Shown here: one piece after another, positions 24,734-39,100 of the stretch | Layout of the letters: each line of letters opens with the position of its first letter | Position numbering within the stretch: position 1 is the first letter of the stretch | DNA from: Felis catus | Lineage: Eukaryota | Reading direction: 5' to 3' | Assembly (NCBI RefSeq): GCF_018350175.1 | Contig: NC_058368.1 | Location: 181,414,001-181,478,000 of the forward strand | DNA: 64,000 bases | The notes under the pieces: model-generated | What the model was told of the DNA's origin: nothing | What the model saw: the letters and a program-made list of their open reading frames with translations, nothing else | Databases searched by the model: none | Position numbers and translations under genes: made by a program

Positions 24734-27700
24734 AATTTTCTAAAAATATAGTGAAATGAAGACAGACTCTAGTAGTGAGCATTATATGTTAAAGACTCTA
24801 ATCATTAACAATACAATTAATTCAATTAAAAGGATACTTAATAAAATAAGAATAAATGGGGTTTAAACTAAGTCCCTCTATGTCTAAGGTTCATTCAGGT
24901 CTCAGCATAACAATTATTTACATTTAGTTTAAACTAATTTACTGTTATTATCATTTTTATTAATGTCATCAATTTCTCTGATTCACTTTCACACATTCAA
25001 GGGGAATCAACAACACTAATTTTCCAGCCTATAATTTGTAAGTAACAACCAAGCCTGGTGTACATCTCTCATATGAATTTAATTTTTTTCTCTTTTTAGT
25101 TGTTTTGAGTTCAGTCCTGATCAAATGAAATTCAGAATGCTATTTATTTTTTTTCCTAAAACACAAAACCTCCTACTCAAGGGTCACTGCAACTGTATCA
25201 AAGGAGAAACTAATTAATGTGTTTATTAAGTTTACTCGGAAATAAACACATATATGCAAGAGTGAAAATGCTTCTTTCTCTTTTTCTTTTTTTCAAACAA
25301 GTGCCAGGTGATAGCAACTATATACACAAACACTGAATACTCTAAGGAGGACTTTCTACAAATATTTTTAAAGGCTCCTTTTGGCTCTGAATAAAGTAAT
25401 ATACTGGGACTGCCACAGGAGCATGAGTCGGGCTGTGAGAAGCCATAATCCGAGTATGCTAAGAAAATGTAAGCAAAAAATTGCAAATAAAACTGCTTAT
25501 ATTCATGTAACTTGTTTGGCGACAGCCATATAGCATAAGGAAAGCTGCTATAACTCATAACAGCATCTTGTAATAAAACAGCTCTATGCATCCCTCTCAA
25601 ACTGTTCAGTGCTCAGAACTCATCAGATGGCTGAGTAAGCATTACACTTTGGGACAGTAAATCTGTTTCCAATATGGTGTACATTCACAGATAGGCGCTT
25701 TAGTATTCATCCTAAGACACTTCCAGCTAAGTACTCATAAAGAAAGGGTAATCATATATTTAAATATCGGGATGCTATTTTCTCTGTCTATTTTAGTAAT
25801 CTAGTTCACACTAGAGCAAACCTAAATGGATCTTAGGAAACCTTTAGCAAACTCAACCCTGACTCACAGCATAGAATCTCTACCTATAATGGTCTCCAGG
25901 AAACCTTCCCTTCTGCTCCCATAATATTCTGTGCTTCTGTGTGCCATGGTAGTTTCTGTGTGCTACTAGCATTATATGGCTGTTTTATCTCTATGGATTT
26001 CCTGAGTGCATGAACTATACCTTTTCCATGTCTGTATTTCTAGCTCCTAAACAAAACCAGAGACAAAGCCAGACATAGGTAAGGGTTTGATGATTGACTC
26101 AGTGATTCCCCATGGTTTAAAGTGACTAGTCTGGTTTGAGGTCCTGAATCCTTTCCACAGTCCTAAGGTTTGCACAGGGGTCACAATAAAGCAAACAGCA
26201 CATGAGGTTTTCAAGCTGTTCACAGATGTTCATTTTTCTGAGGGATACATCCTGGTTTGAGCTTTGGAAGAGACTGCTTCTCTTCTGCTATCAGAGATAG
26301 GGAGAGTGGCTGTCTTACGTGCCTCAGGTAAGAGACACAAAATGGGAAACTTATTAGGGGAGACAGGAACATTCGCTCAGAAAACTGATTTTTTAATTTA
26401 AACCTCCTCCCATACAGATAAAGATTTAAGCCCTACACAGTTAGATCCTTTAGAACTCCAGGCAATTCTAAAGGTAAATTTATTGAGTGGTTAGGTCGAT
26501 GTCAGATGAGCGTGAGCTCTGTTTAAGCAGGAACCTACACACCTCCCTGCCCCCACTCTCACCTCCATGGTGGTTTCCCTTGATTTTACTTTTGCATGTC
26601 TGCTCCCAGGTTGGGAACTGAGAACACTGTGATCTCAACGTTAAGTCTACTCCATGGAAGATTTCTGTCTTAGAAAAGGAACACTGCAGGCAGAGCCTGA
26701 TGGCATATTTACATGCGGGACTCTGGGAGATGTGGGCCACAGAAAATGCGGCTTTACCATCCAGTGGTAACTGGAATTCAAAGGGGAAGGCATTAACCTT
26801 GGATGCACAGAGAATGGCTCCAGTGAAGTGTGAGGAGAGAGGAGACTGGGTGTGCCCTGGTACCTGGAAGATCTCATGGTTTGGAAACTCCTGGGCTCAG
26901 TCTCCTGGGCTGGACCATCCCCCAGGAGCTCCCTGTTAACAAATGAATGTGTTTGAGCACATGGGATTGTGAAAGAGAGTTGTGGAGTTTACAAAGTAAT
27001 TTGTCATAGGTATTTCAGCCACCATGACAGTTTGGTGGTAACAAATACTGGTTACAAAAATTTTCCTCATTAATAAACTTCACCCCACAAATCAAACTTT
27101 GGAGTAGGTACTAGAATGTGGACTGTACCCAAGAGTATACTTCACCCCAGGGGGTCTTGTCTAAGACCTGCCCAGAATCACATGGCTCACCAATGTCCAG
27201 CAAAGGCTTGAAGCTGTGTCTCCCTGCTTCAAGTTCTGTCCTGTATTGCTGAACAGTTGGAAAATCTGAGTTGCTGAGAATCTGTGTGAGGGAACAAGGG
27301 AAGTAGGAGGCAGGAGGTGAAGAGGTGGGTACTTGGCTTTCTCCAGAGGCAGGGAATCTGACTTACTCTGATTCACCCTATCTATTTACAAAGGAAACGG
27401 CAGGAGAGAAACACAAGGAGGAAGAACTTGAGGTAAGGATGGGTGAGGACTTATCAAGGAGGCTGCAGCAGTCAGAGAATGGTCCCGCCCATCACTTAAC
27501 AGGGGTGAAGAGGTGAGAGCTATCTCCTCTGGGTTCAAAAAAAGGAAAGAAAATAGTAAAAGAGAAAAAAATGTGAGGAAGTGAGGAGAGCTAAAACCAC
27601 GGTTTTGGTGTTTAAATAATACTTGCATGAATACTGCAAAGCAAAGGACAGACTTTCCACCTTATGTCTCCTACTTTACCCTTGGTAAATATAAACAGAC

Positions 27701-29623
27701 GCTTTGCTCAGTGTAAACTCAACTTCGCGACTTTAGGGGAAAGAACAATGAACTTGACCAGCAGCTGATTTAGCTGGATGTATTCTGAACCAGAATCCTA
27801 ACTCTAAACCTAGAAGCTTATGTGACCTTGGTGACCTCAGAGGCTCTCTAAGCCTGAGCTTCTTTATCTGTTAAATGAGTGGTTTGAAACAGATGGTCCC
27901 TACAGGTCTGTCTGGTTCTGATATTCTATGTTCACAGCACTTTTGAGAGAGTTACCATACCCTCATCATCTATGGTTTCCAGAGAAATAGCATCTGTCAC
28001 ATCAATGACACAGCATTTGTATCCCTCCCTTTATTTTTCTTCTGCTAAGGTGTTTTAATCCTGACAGTATAATAGAATAAATCACAGCCATCAGAGATGG
28101 GAGTGACACTGGCCACACACATTCGAGATAAACAGTCAAAAATCACTCACCCATGTCTTCCCCTTTGCCCACAGCCTCTGCTGTCTGACAACACTAAGGT
28201 TGAACTATGATTTCCATCTGGCTGCTCACATCTGAACACCGAAATAACCCTCTGCATTGTCTTAATAGCTGTAATGATACTTTGCTTTCCAGCAGCCTGT
28301 CCAGACCATCTCAATATTTGGATTTGATTTCTTCCCTCCAGCAAGTGTTGAAGGAAGTATGGTTGTTATAGAGTCAATCAACAAACATCACTTAGCACCT
28401 ACAAATAGCAGCACTAAAGGTAGACTGTTTAGGTTTGATTGTCTTTCCACCACTTATGTACAAGCTGCCTGCCCGTGGGAAGGGTAACTAACCCTTCAAA
28501 ACCTTGACTGTCCTTAAGCATAGTGATGACTTTTATTTATGAACCTCATAGGTATGAGGCACATAGTAATCGTTCAGTAACTTTAGCGATTAACATTACT
28601 GTTACAAGTCCTTTGTCTCTATCTTAGACAAGACAAGGACATTATTACAGTGGTACAGAACTGCAGAAACAGATGAAGGTGATAAAGAGCTTCAAAAAGA
28701 CAGAGTTCTCAGAATAATTGGCCTGGGGGCTAATAAGTCACATCAATGGATGATTTTCAAAATGAACTCTTACCCCGTCTTTGCTTTGTTTTCACAATAC
28801 TTAACTCTGGCTGGCATTCCTGCTTCTATCTGGGAAAGCTATCTGTGAATGAGAAGCTATGATATTCCATACAACCAGTGATAGGTATGTTTGTGTAAGA
28901 CAGAGGGTATTTTGGTCTTGAAAAAAAAATATTTTTCCCTCTTAAGAAAAAAGGACTGTGACACACCTGGATTAAACCACCTTTAAAAAGCCAAGGAATC
29001 ACTGTCCATTAAGGATGACTGAAGAGCAAGAAGTCAATAATACTCACTGTGCCTTCCAAGGGAAGTGGCATGGGGTAGGAAGCTAGTGGAGGGTACATGG
29101 TCTAAGATAATGCAGAAAAGGATTGGACCCACTGTTCTGATTGGAAAAGCAAGACTTACGGATAAGGGCCATGATCTGACAGAAACGTGCTTTCTTTGTG
29201 CTCCGCAAGACATCCATTGCTCATATCTGTAACTCTCAGCAAATTCAGTTCAAGGAGTGAGCTTATTGCCTTCAGTGTATAAATGAACTCAGAGACTCCA
29301 AGTTTCCGTCAGACACACTTGAACCACCTCTAGGAAGTGGAAGGCTGTTTCCCCTTAAAGTATTCCTGGAGGGCTTTTACCTGTTCTTCCTGCTTACACT
29401 CTTCCTTAGGATTTGTTTCTGAGAAGTCAGGGACTTCTTTGTACCTTAATAACATTCTATTGCTCTCCAGCTGAAAAATCCTCAAATGAATTCCCACTGT
29501 CCCCTTAGCTCTGATTATCATGATCTCTGTATTTCAGTCTTTCCATTTTTAAAACGGGGTGATAGTGAATTGATACATCTAAGGTCACTGAAGAATACCC
29601 AGTGTTTCAAAAGTATGCAATGA

Positions 29624-29802
29624 GGGGTGCTTGGGTGGCTCAGTTGGTTAAGTGTCTACTTTTGGCTCAGGTCATGATCTCACAGTTTGTGGGTTCACAC
29701 CCCACATCGGGTTCTGTGCTGATGGCTTGGAGCCTGGAGCCTGCTTCAGATTTTGTATCTTCCACTCTCTCTCCCTCTGCCCCTCCCCTACTCATGCTCG
29801 CT

Positions 29803-29846
<44 letters not shown>

Positions 29847-29858
29847 AATAAACATTAA
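29624..29858 (+). mobile_element. Can-SINE with (CT)n expansion
   Basis: Perfect 15-bp TSD aaaagtatgcaatga at 29609-29623 / 29859-29873. Confidence 0.95.
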
Positions 29859-31139
29859 AAAAGTATGCAATGAGAAGTATTATCATTTAAAAAAAAACAA
29901 CAAAACTCTATGAAAGAAGATTCCTTCTGTTCATTTCATCTCTGACCCAGCCCTTTATAAAATGTGCTGAATCCCTGCCTTAGCATGCTGAATCCTTCTA
30001 ATTCTGTTAAAGACTGAAAGCAAGTAGCTTACAGTATTAAGCTACTACATAATTAAACATTCTATGACAAATCATTTTCTTAAGATGTAAACTGAGGTTG
30101 AACAAAAGCAAGTTGTTCACACAGATATTAATTCTAGTTCTTACAGCTTTGAGATCAAGCCATTTGAGTTTCCTGGAAAGGGTTAATAAAAGACTTTATA
30201 AAGGTCTCTGAAATCTGAAGCTGAAATTACAGCATGTGCTATTATTACTGTTTTTGTTAGTCACCCAGAAAACAAGTAAGATGTGTGCTTAGAGGATATA
30301 AAAAAGAAACAAAATGCATGTTGGCTTTCACTCAGAGTTTGGCTAAAAATACATTCTGACATGCAGTGCACAGGCATGTCCTAGAAAGCTCTCATGGTAC
30401 CGGGGGCGGCCAAGAGGCAGCTCTGGCTTTGTTTGGCAACAAAGATCACTTGATCATGCAGAGAGAGTAGGGGGTCTGGCAAAGTCAGCTTTGAGTATAA
30501 AAACTTGCCTTCCAGTGCTCCTTCCCAATCTACTGTGGCCAAACTGAAATAACACAGATGCCCTATGAGGAGGTGGAAAGGAGGTAGGAAAGGGTGTGGG
30601 AGAAATTTTGGACCAGATATGATCCCTCCAGATTCTAGTGTATGATAGGAACCTCTGATCAACAAACATTTATTAAATGTCTCTGTGAATGGCACTGTAG
30701 CTAGTACAAAAGGGGAAGGAAAGATGAATGAGGCACTGTGTTCATCCTCGAGGAACTTAAAGGGCATATTTACAGCTTGCTATTCTGCACAGAGATCTAA
30801 TGTGATGGCTTCCAAGGGGGAGAAACCAATATCATGTTTCCTAGGCATGTAGTGAGAAATTACACATGAACTAAAAGCAACAACAACAAAAACAACCAAC
30901 CATGGAACTCTATATTTTTGCAACTTTCATAGAAATCTAAAAGTATTCTAAAATTAAAAGTTTGTTAATTAAAAAAAAACTAACCAAACAGAAATCATAA
31001 TATTTCTCATGTAAAACAAAATAAAAAGCAAATCACAAACATTCTAAAATTTAGTAAATTTAGTAAATCTGTAATGCAAGCTCAGCAACTTCTTGTTAAA
31101 TCAACCATTTCCCAGTGAAGATGTCCTATGCTGGCAGTT

Positions 31140-31800
31140 TTGGGAGCTCCATCTCCCAGATAGACAGTCTTGATTTGGCCTACATAGTGTATCTCAAAAT
31201 GATTTAGCTGCCAAAGGTCTTAACACACTTTGCCCTGAGAGCAAAGGCTGAGAAGAATTCCTGTGAATACGTACTGTATTTGGGAAGTGATTCAAAGGAG
31301 AAGTAAGGGACGGGGTGAAAACAGGACAGGCAGGAGGGGGAGCCAATATAAGGAAGAGTGATAGACTTGTCCACTGCTGTGGGTACCTGGTATTGGTGGT
31401 GCTGGAACCTTCCAAGAAGCCTTCGGCTGTGTTTCTCAGGATGAAGGAGAGAAGCATATATCATCAGGTTCCTATCCACTGACTTCTGAACCCACTGATC
31501 CATGGGTGCTAATTCTGGGATTGCTTATACTTGACTGTCTTCATCCTCAAGGGCATTCAGCAACTTATTGTCAGAAAATTCCAGGGTGGGGAAAAAAGCC
31601 AGCATGCTGTGTAGAGCTTACTTAACGTGCTCCAAGAGTACATTACAACAACATTTAACACCTGAGGATTTTACGGAGAAAAAGATCCAGATTTCTCATT
31701 TTCTTGAAAAGTTGTGACATCTAGACTTGAATTCTCCAAAGGCACCAAACTTCCAGAGCTGAAAGGCACTGCCTGAACACACACAATCTAAACTGGGACG
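31140..31800. mobile_element. MER102-like hAT relic interrupted by an MLT1-like MaLR LTR (~31215-31650)
   Basis: tttggcctacatagtgt...gatttagctgccaa before, and acattt...gatccagatttctc...ttcttgaaaa after, the insert. The insert has MLT1-like tgtatttgggaagtgat...gagccaatataagg. Boundaries are approximate. Confidence 0.45.
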
Positions 31801-32177
31801 GTATCCCCCATGATACACAGTTGAAAACACAGCTTGCTTCATTCCTTAATCTTCTTACTGGTGTTCTCTTATGAATGTTGGACTTTTCACACTTACTTGA
31901 ACTATTCCTAGACTTAACAAATATTCACAGTGAAAAGCAAGTAGGGACCCACCATTAACATGATCTTTCCTCACTGGCTTCATCTTTCAAAATAAACATA
32001 CTTTGATGGTGTTTCTTCCAATAGTAGGCTTCAAATCACCATTACTGCTTTGATGGTGAGGATGTTAGATCCATTTATATAATTAATTGATTACGTGCTA
32101 CATGCCAAGCCAGATGCTCGAATTAAATCCTCACTTTTAATGTTTAACCAAATGTCAGATAAGAAGTAGGAAGGCTA

Positions 32178-32396
32178 GGGGCACCTGGGTGGCTCAGCTG
32201 GTTAAGTGTCTGACTTCGGCTCATGTCATGATCTCAATGTTTGTGAGTTCGAGCCCCACATCAGGCTCTGTGCTGACAGCTCAGAACCTGGAGCCTGCTT
32301 TGGATTCTGTGTCTCCCTCTCTCTCTGCCCTTTCCCTGCTCATGCTCTGTCTCTCTCTGTCTCTCAAAAATAAATAAATGTTAAAAAATTAAAAAA
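32178..32396 (+). mobile_element. Can-SINE
   Basis: Perfect 17-bp TSD aagaagtaggaaggcta at 32161-32177 / 32397-32413. Confidence 0.95.
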
Positions 32397-35300
32397 AAGA
32401 AGTAGGAAGGCTAAAAGAATTGGTTCACTTGCTTCTTCTGACTCAGAACAAAGAGGTGGATGCTGGCAACCGAGGATGTGCAATACTTGGGACACAGTGA
32501 GCAGATGCCTGCTCATTCCTGGTTTGGAAATCCTGTGTAATGAGCTCCTCATTACATGGCATTTACTAAGCAAAACCCTCTAAGAATTAGGAAGCTTGAC
32601 TAAAACTAGAATTATGGGCTTTTGAGTAAAAAGTGAGATTCCAAGTCACTATGCTAAGCATGAGTCCCTGTATGTTTGAAATGCTATCAATTACCAAGGA
32701 AATGGTTATACTCTATATAGAGTTTGTCCAGTTACACTCAACCCCTTGAGATGTTTATATAAAAATATTGATACCCGAGTACAACCCCCCAGTGATTCAT
32801 ATTTAATTAGTCCTGGGAAGGGCTTGAGCATGGGAACTTTTCAGAACTCCCCAGAAGCATCTAATGAGGTTCCCCTGATTCAGAGACAGAAATGGCAGGG
32901 TTCTGTGGCTACATTCACTGTCCCCTCACTGCTCAGCTAAGACAACTCAGCACTTTGCTGTAGGCTCCCTGCTGTTCAGTCTCTGGGTTTGTGAAGCAGA
33001 TAGTGTTAAGTGGGTCATCTCCAGGCAGGGCTTTTGCATCACATACAAATGGGGGTCAGAGTATAAGCATTCACCTAATTGTCACTGTAAACTAAGAAGA
33101 ACTTGAACCCAAGGCTGTCAGGTGAACAGAGGTATTTTTAAAGTTGGTAGTGTCACCTGAATTTGCAGTCATTTTGAGAAGACTTTGTTTTGGCTATGGA
33201 TATTCATCCTGAAGTTGACTGGATTTTTTTTTTTTTTTGAGGACATTAGAAGTAGTATTTCTCCTTTCTATCAATGTTCCAGCAAACAGATCCATAGAAA
33301 TATATTTAATCCACTGGAATTACTCTCTAAATAAATTCAACATTTTAGTTAAAAGTGCTACAAGTAAATTCTGTGCTTTAATTCCCATACGTGAAATGGA
33401 CTTTAACTGTACAAGGACGAACTGAGAAACATGTATTATACAGTCAAGGTGGCTGTAGACGTGGAGGGATTTAAAAGGAAGTGTTTCAAACTATTTTTAA
33501 AATAAAATGCATCCCACTGGGATAGCAACTGCCCAATGCCTACTATTCATAAATCAGGGTGAACAAAGAGAAGCTTCACATTTTGTGGCTCTGGCCAAAG
33601 AAAAAGACCTAAAAAGGAAGGAGGATAACAGGTTCAGCTGGGAATACAACAGAGCCCATCTGATTTGTTCTCTCTTTTTTTTTTTTTTTTTCTTATTCCC
33701 AAAAAGATCATTCTATCTTGGAAAAAAATGCATTAAAGATAATGCTCATTGTAACTTTGGGAAAATATTCCAAATATTATAAAAGACTGTTGGACATTAT
33801 TAAATAAGTCTGTGTTGCACTTATTTTTAATACCTGTGTGCACACTCAGTATTTGTTCTGATGGCTCACAGCAGAGATTTATTACTAAAGTAGATCTGAC
33901 TTGAGGTTGAGTGGAAAGGAAAGCAGTCAGTGCAGGAGGAATATTGAGTATCTTGGTACAAGGGAGTTTGGCTGCAGCAGAGAGAGAGAAAGAGGGCTTG
34001 TGAGATATGCATGCCAATTAAGGTGCTCAAGAAATGAACACGAATTCATTTTGGGTACACACCAGCCTCCTCCTCTTCATACGTCCCTGGGGATGCTTCT
34101 AGAATTGCCAGAGCTGAAAATTAAATTATAAACCTAAAACATGACACTGAAAATGTAATGTCTCCTTTGATAATATCAGTGGGATGATTCATCAGTGGGT
34201 GGGGCAGCACCACTCCCAGACCCAGACTGTAAGGCATGGTGAGTCCGACTTTGCAATTACTCCATTTCTCCCAGCAGTTTCTCTAAAGCTTCCAGTTGGA
34301 ATTACATCCTGTCACAGATCACACTGCACCAAAGGCCTCCTACACATATGACACAGTAGGTCTCCACAGAGGCATAAACACAGTATGTGGCACCAGCGTG
34401 GAAAAGCTGATAGTATTACCATGATACTCACAAAAAGCAAATGTTCATGCAATTCAATATATGAGCATCAGAGTGCATTGCAGAAAACTCTTGCAAGCTG
34501 GCATTTCACAATGTGGGATTGGATACTGTCATGATGGACAGACACACAACCCACATGTTTAAGTTCCTTTTCTGAACTGTGCTTTAAATTCTTTTTCTTG
34601 GAACAGGAAACAATCCACTAAGAAGAATAAATTCTCTTGTAGTTTCATCCATGAGTCACTGCACAAAACTGCAGAGCACTTTGTTTATCTCTCTATTCAC
34701 AGGAGTCAGAAATCCATGGGCTGGGTAGGCTGAGTCACCCATACAGAGGATAGTAGTAATAATAACAGCTTGTGAAGGGCCACCAGAGATCAGATGGCAG
34801 AGGTTTCACCAAAGAAGTGGTCTGTACATTAAGCCTTGTGTGAAGAAAATATTTGGAATGAGCAGATATGTATTCTACAAAGAAGAAATGGACATAGGAA
34901 GTACACACTATATTTGCTATCATTAGAGCCTTTGGGGGTCGGGTATGTAAAGTCAATGACTAAAGGGGAGAACTGGTATAAGACAAAAGGCAAGAGATGT
35001 GGCCTGTGGCAAAGAGGAATGTGAATAGACTGGCTACAGGCACTGGATTCAAAATTTTTAAGGCAATCTATAAGCCCAGCTAAATATATCTAGGGGCTAA
35101 GTATGCCTGTGTGCATTAACGTTGTGATCTCTGATTTAGGGGTTCAAAAGGAGGCCAACTCTGAGTAGGGGAGTGGGAAATAAAACTAGTACTGTTTTAT
35201 TTATTTATGCCTGGAAGAGTCGGTCAAGTTCAGACTGAGTAGAGGATGCAAAGTAAGTTCCTCCCTCCCCACTCTGTTTGGATGATCTTCTTTTTCCTGT

Positions 35301-36016
35301 CCATTGATCAGCTGTGCTCCTATGTGAGCTTCTTATTTCTTTCCTTGCACATTTTTCCTGGATGATCACACTGAGTCCCATGAACATTATTAGCTGTCAA
35401 CTCCTGAATCTCTATCCAGCACAAATCTCTCAGCAGAATTTAGAGCTGTACATTCAACTGCCTATTAAGCATCTACATGTGCATGGCCTAAGGGCACCTC
35501 CAACTCAAAAGGTCCACAGTTGCACATACTAACTTTACCTACACACCAGCTCATCCCCTGTTTCAAAACCCCAGTGATTAGTACTAACATTTGGACAGTT
35601 GCCATAACCAGAAACTTCAGTCCTTGAATCTTCTTCTCTCCCTCACCTTGCTTGTCCCATCAGTTGCCAGAAAGTTTTGATCCCACATTCTAAACATCCT
35701 CAGCTTGGCTAGTCAAGTTATCAATTGGCAGAAATAAAATACACACTCACTTGTACACACACACACATGCCCCCACACACATGCTATGAGCTTTTTTAAT
35801 TTATTTAGCCAAAGATAGAGAACAAACAAGGTATTGTGATCATGTGGAAAAGAGGTGGGTAGAGCATGATGCTTTTTTTTTTTTCTGTATTTTACTTGCC
35901 CTGTATCCATAGGAGGTGGTCTGCTGCTGATGCTACTCTTTGCATAAGCAGGCACCTAAAAATGTTGAGGGGGAAAAAAATCCAAATTCTTGTAACAATG
36001 TTACATTTTTATGCTT

Positions 36017-36156
36017 AGGCTTATGTAACCATTCCAGGAGAATTTGAACTAACAATCTATGCACTTACATCTAAGGGCTTATTTACAGGCTTATGTAACC
36101 ATTTGAGGAGAATTTGAACTAACAATCTATGCACTTACATTTAAGGGCTTATTTAC
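36017..36156. repeat. 70-bp tandem duplication, 3 mismatches
   Basis: aggcttatgtaaccatt(cc/tg)aggagaatttgaactaacaatctatgcacttacat(c/t)taagggcttatttac x2. Confidence 0.95.
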
Positions 36157-39100
36157 AAACATTGACCTTTCCTGTATCTTTAAGTAAACTCAACATCAAA
36201 AAGGTAATATTCTCTTTGCAGGAGAAGAAAGCAGTCAATGCCCAAGAGTCCCAAAACAATATAGCTGCCTCTAATTTTACAGTGTCCTAAAAAGTCAACA
36301 ATCTTTGTAGCACAACATTTTTCAAACCATCTCCATTATTCCAGTTCAGACTATTAAACTCTCTTGCCTCAATGAAATACACTCTCCTAATCTACTTCAC
36401 TGAGCGTCTTGTCTCTCTGTAATATATTCTGGAAACAGAAGCCAGAATTATCTCCTCAAAAAGCCTTCATGACCTGGTTTTACGCTACCACTCTAGCTCA
36501 TTTGTCCCCACTCCACATTCAGCTAACCTGAACTTTTAGATTCTTGGAATGACCAAGTTCTGCCATTTTTGGACCTTTGCATATGCCTTATCTTTTGCCT
36601 GAAAACTCCTTCTTGCCACTCTGAGCATCCAACTCCTTATCCTTCAAGTGTATGAAAGGATGTCACAATTTCTGACATTCCTGATGCACAATTCTGAGTT
36701 AGATGCCACTTCAGAACCAGACGCTATTTTCTTTTGTGGTGTTTATCAGAAGTACCTAGGTACATGTCTATTATATCTTTCTTCTCCAAGACTGCCAAGC
36801 TTTGTGTGCTTACAGACCATGTTTGCATTATTCATTACTATACTCTATAACCTAACACAGTTGCCTCATGGGTACCACAAAATATATTTAATTAGGGTAA
36901 AGGGGCAAAAACAGGGTGATGTTTTAGAAATGCAATACTATCTATGATATAAAAAAAAAGTGTCAGGGAAAGGACTAAGGGAAAGAGGCAATTTAAATGT
37001 TGAAGTAGTTTTCCAGTCTTGAAATGCTGGACACTTAACATGGAATGAGGAAGTTAGACAAAAAGATAAGAAAGAATAACCATCATAATCTGGTGAATAT
37101 CAATATAAAGAAAAAAAAAGATAGAGTCTTCTTGGAAGACCAAAATGTAAGAGTTGTGAAACTAGTTACCAAAAGCTAGGATATAAAAATGGAAACAGAT
37201 TTTGAGGAAAAGACAATTAAGTTTCTTACTGGACTATTTCAAAAGACATACTCCAGGAGCAGTTAGAAAAGTCGAAATGGACCTTGGAAAGACCATTTAT
37301 CTTAGACTTGAGCATTAGCAGGGTAGGGAGCATTTGTTATGAGGCCAGTTAGTATTCCTTACCCACCCCTGATATCAGAACCAGACTTTCCTATTTGGAA
37401 TTCATTCCACCAGCTTTAGGAGGCACTTACCACAGCTATCTCCAAGCACAAAGTAGGCTTAAGTCTAAAACATGGCCAGGTAAAATCCGAGTGACACATG
37501 CCCCATTTCTCTGAATCTGACTCTTTCCAGTGACGTTACAGAGGGCAGAGAATATGGGAGTGAGGTTATCATCAGACATGTTCAAATACATATCTCCAAG
37601 GAATAAAGACAATTATGGAGAATGAGAAATAAGAGATGGTATGTGTAAGCACTGTTAGATTCTCCAGTGATGTAAGACAAAGCATCATCTTTTTTGCATA
37701 AGCTCATTTCAGCAGGAATATTGTCTTACATTCACTTGTAACTGAAAAAGCCTTGCAGAGTGGAAACAGTGAATGTTGAAGTTATATGAACTAGAGTGTT
37801 ATAGAGAAAGTGCCATGGAAAAGAAAAAGTGGAGGGATAAGGGTGAAAGTGGAGAATTACCACAGAAAAAGAGCAAAAAAAGAAATACAATTCAAAAAAA
37901 GTTAGATCTAAAGTTGAACGCAGAGTTGACAATAGAGAACTGTTTAAAGGACAATAATTGGGCAAACATAAAGAGTATAGTTTGAAAAATATATATTTAA
38001 TCCTAGAAGAGCAATAACTACAATAAAGAAAATCCAGAGGAGACGGAATCACTAGGTGACAAGGACATAGAGTGATGACAATGGATTACTCTTCTCTAGA
38101 GTTTATATGGATAAAGTCTTCTCTTAATTAAACCCAGCCCTAAAATTCGTTTATATGCCATAAAATGAACATCATTAAAAAAAAGCTTGTATCCAATGAC
38201 ACTGCCTTAGAGCATCTTTCTTTCTTTCTTTCACTTGTAAAATTGTCTGACTAGCAACTCTCTTACAGTGTGTTGGCATCAGCTGACAGTTGTTAGATGG
38301 TATCTTTCCTTCCTTTCTAAAAATAAGAAAATAATGTATGAGTTATGTTCATCTTTGGTAGCAAAAGTTATGGCACATAGGGAGTCAAACATGCTCTATC
38401 AATGACTGGAAGAAAACTTCTGGATTTGAAGATGTCAGAGTTTTTACAAGTCATAAGAAACAAATCTGAGGCAAAAAATATTTCTCTTGCATGAAATATT
38501 ATGAGAGGCGGAGACCAGATGATGACCACTTTTGTTGGCAACAGGCTTAAAATGACAATCATGATAACCACCAGCATTTATTCAGTGCCTATTAAAATAC
38601 CGGCAGCATCCATAGAATGATGAATGCATAATCATAATGATCCCAATAACTATAATGGTGGGAACTTTCACGGAGGGGAAAATAGGATTTAGAGAGTCCA
38701 TGTTCTAGAATTGGATCAAGCTCACAGTAATGGAACCCATCAGTACTGGAATACAGTTTAGCTGTGGGTCTGCATTCTTAACTGCTCTCCCCTATGCCTC
38801 TCAAAGGAAGCTAAAAGGATTCCAGTTAGTCAGCAAGGAGACAATGGATCATATTACACTGAATGGTTATAGATTCTCTTTTCCTAAAAAGAAAACAAAA
38901 CAAACAAACAAACAAAAAAACAACTCAACAACACAGCCAAAAAATAAGAAGCAGCATTTTATTCTCAGCTGAGTTTATGAAAAGAAGTTCTGCCTAGAGG
39001 TGGGAGAATAAATGAATAAATTAAAAGCAATCTTTTCAAGGTACTTTTTAGCCTTCCAACTACTCACCTGACAAACTTTTGAACTTCACTAAAACTTAAA

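Noticed and set aside
24431..24782. ORFs over SINEs (also 4654, 18996, 29602, 32189, 55549, 62068)
   Set aside because: They are chance frames through Can-SINE sequence.
3556..36156. Direct repeats as a CRISPR-like or other array system
   Set aside because: They are unrelated two-copy duplications in mammalian DNA, with no common repeat unit, regular spacers or associated genes.
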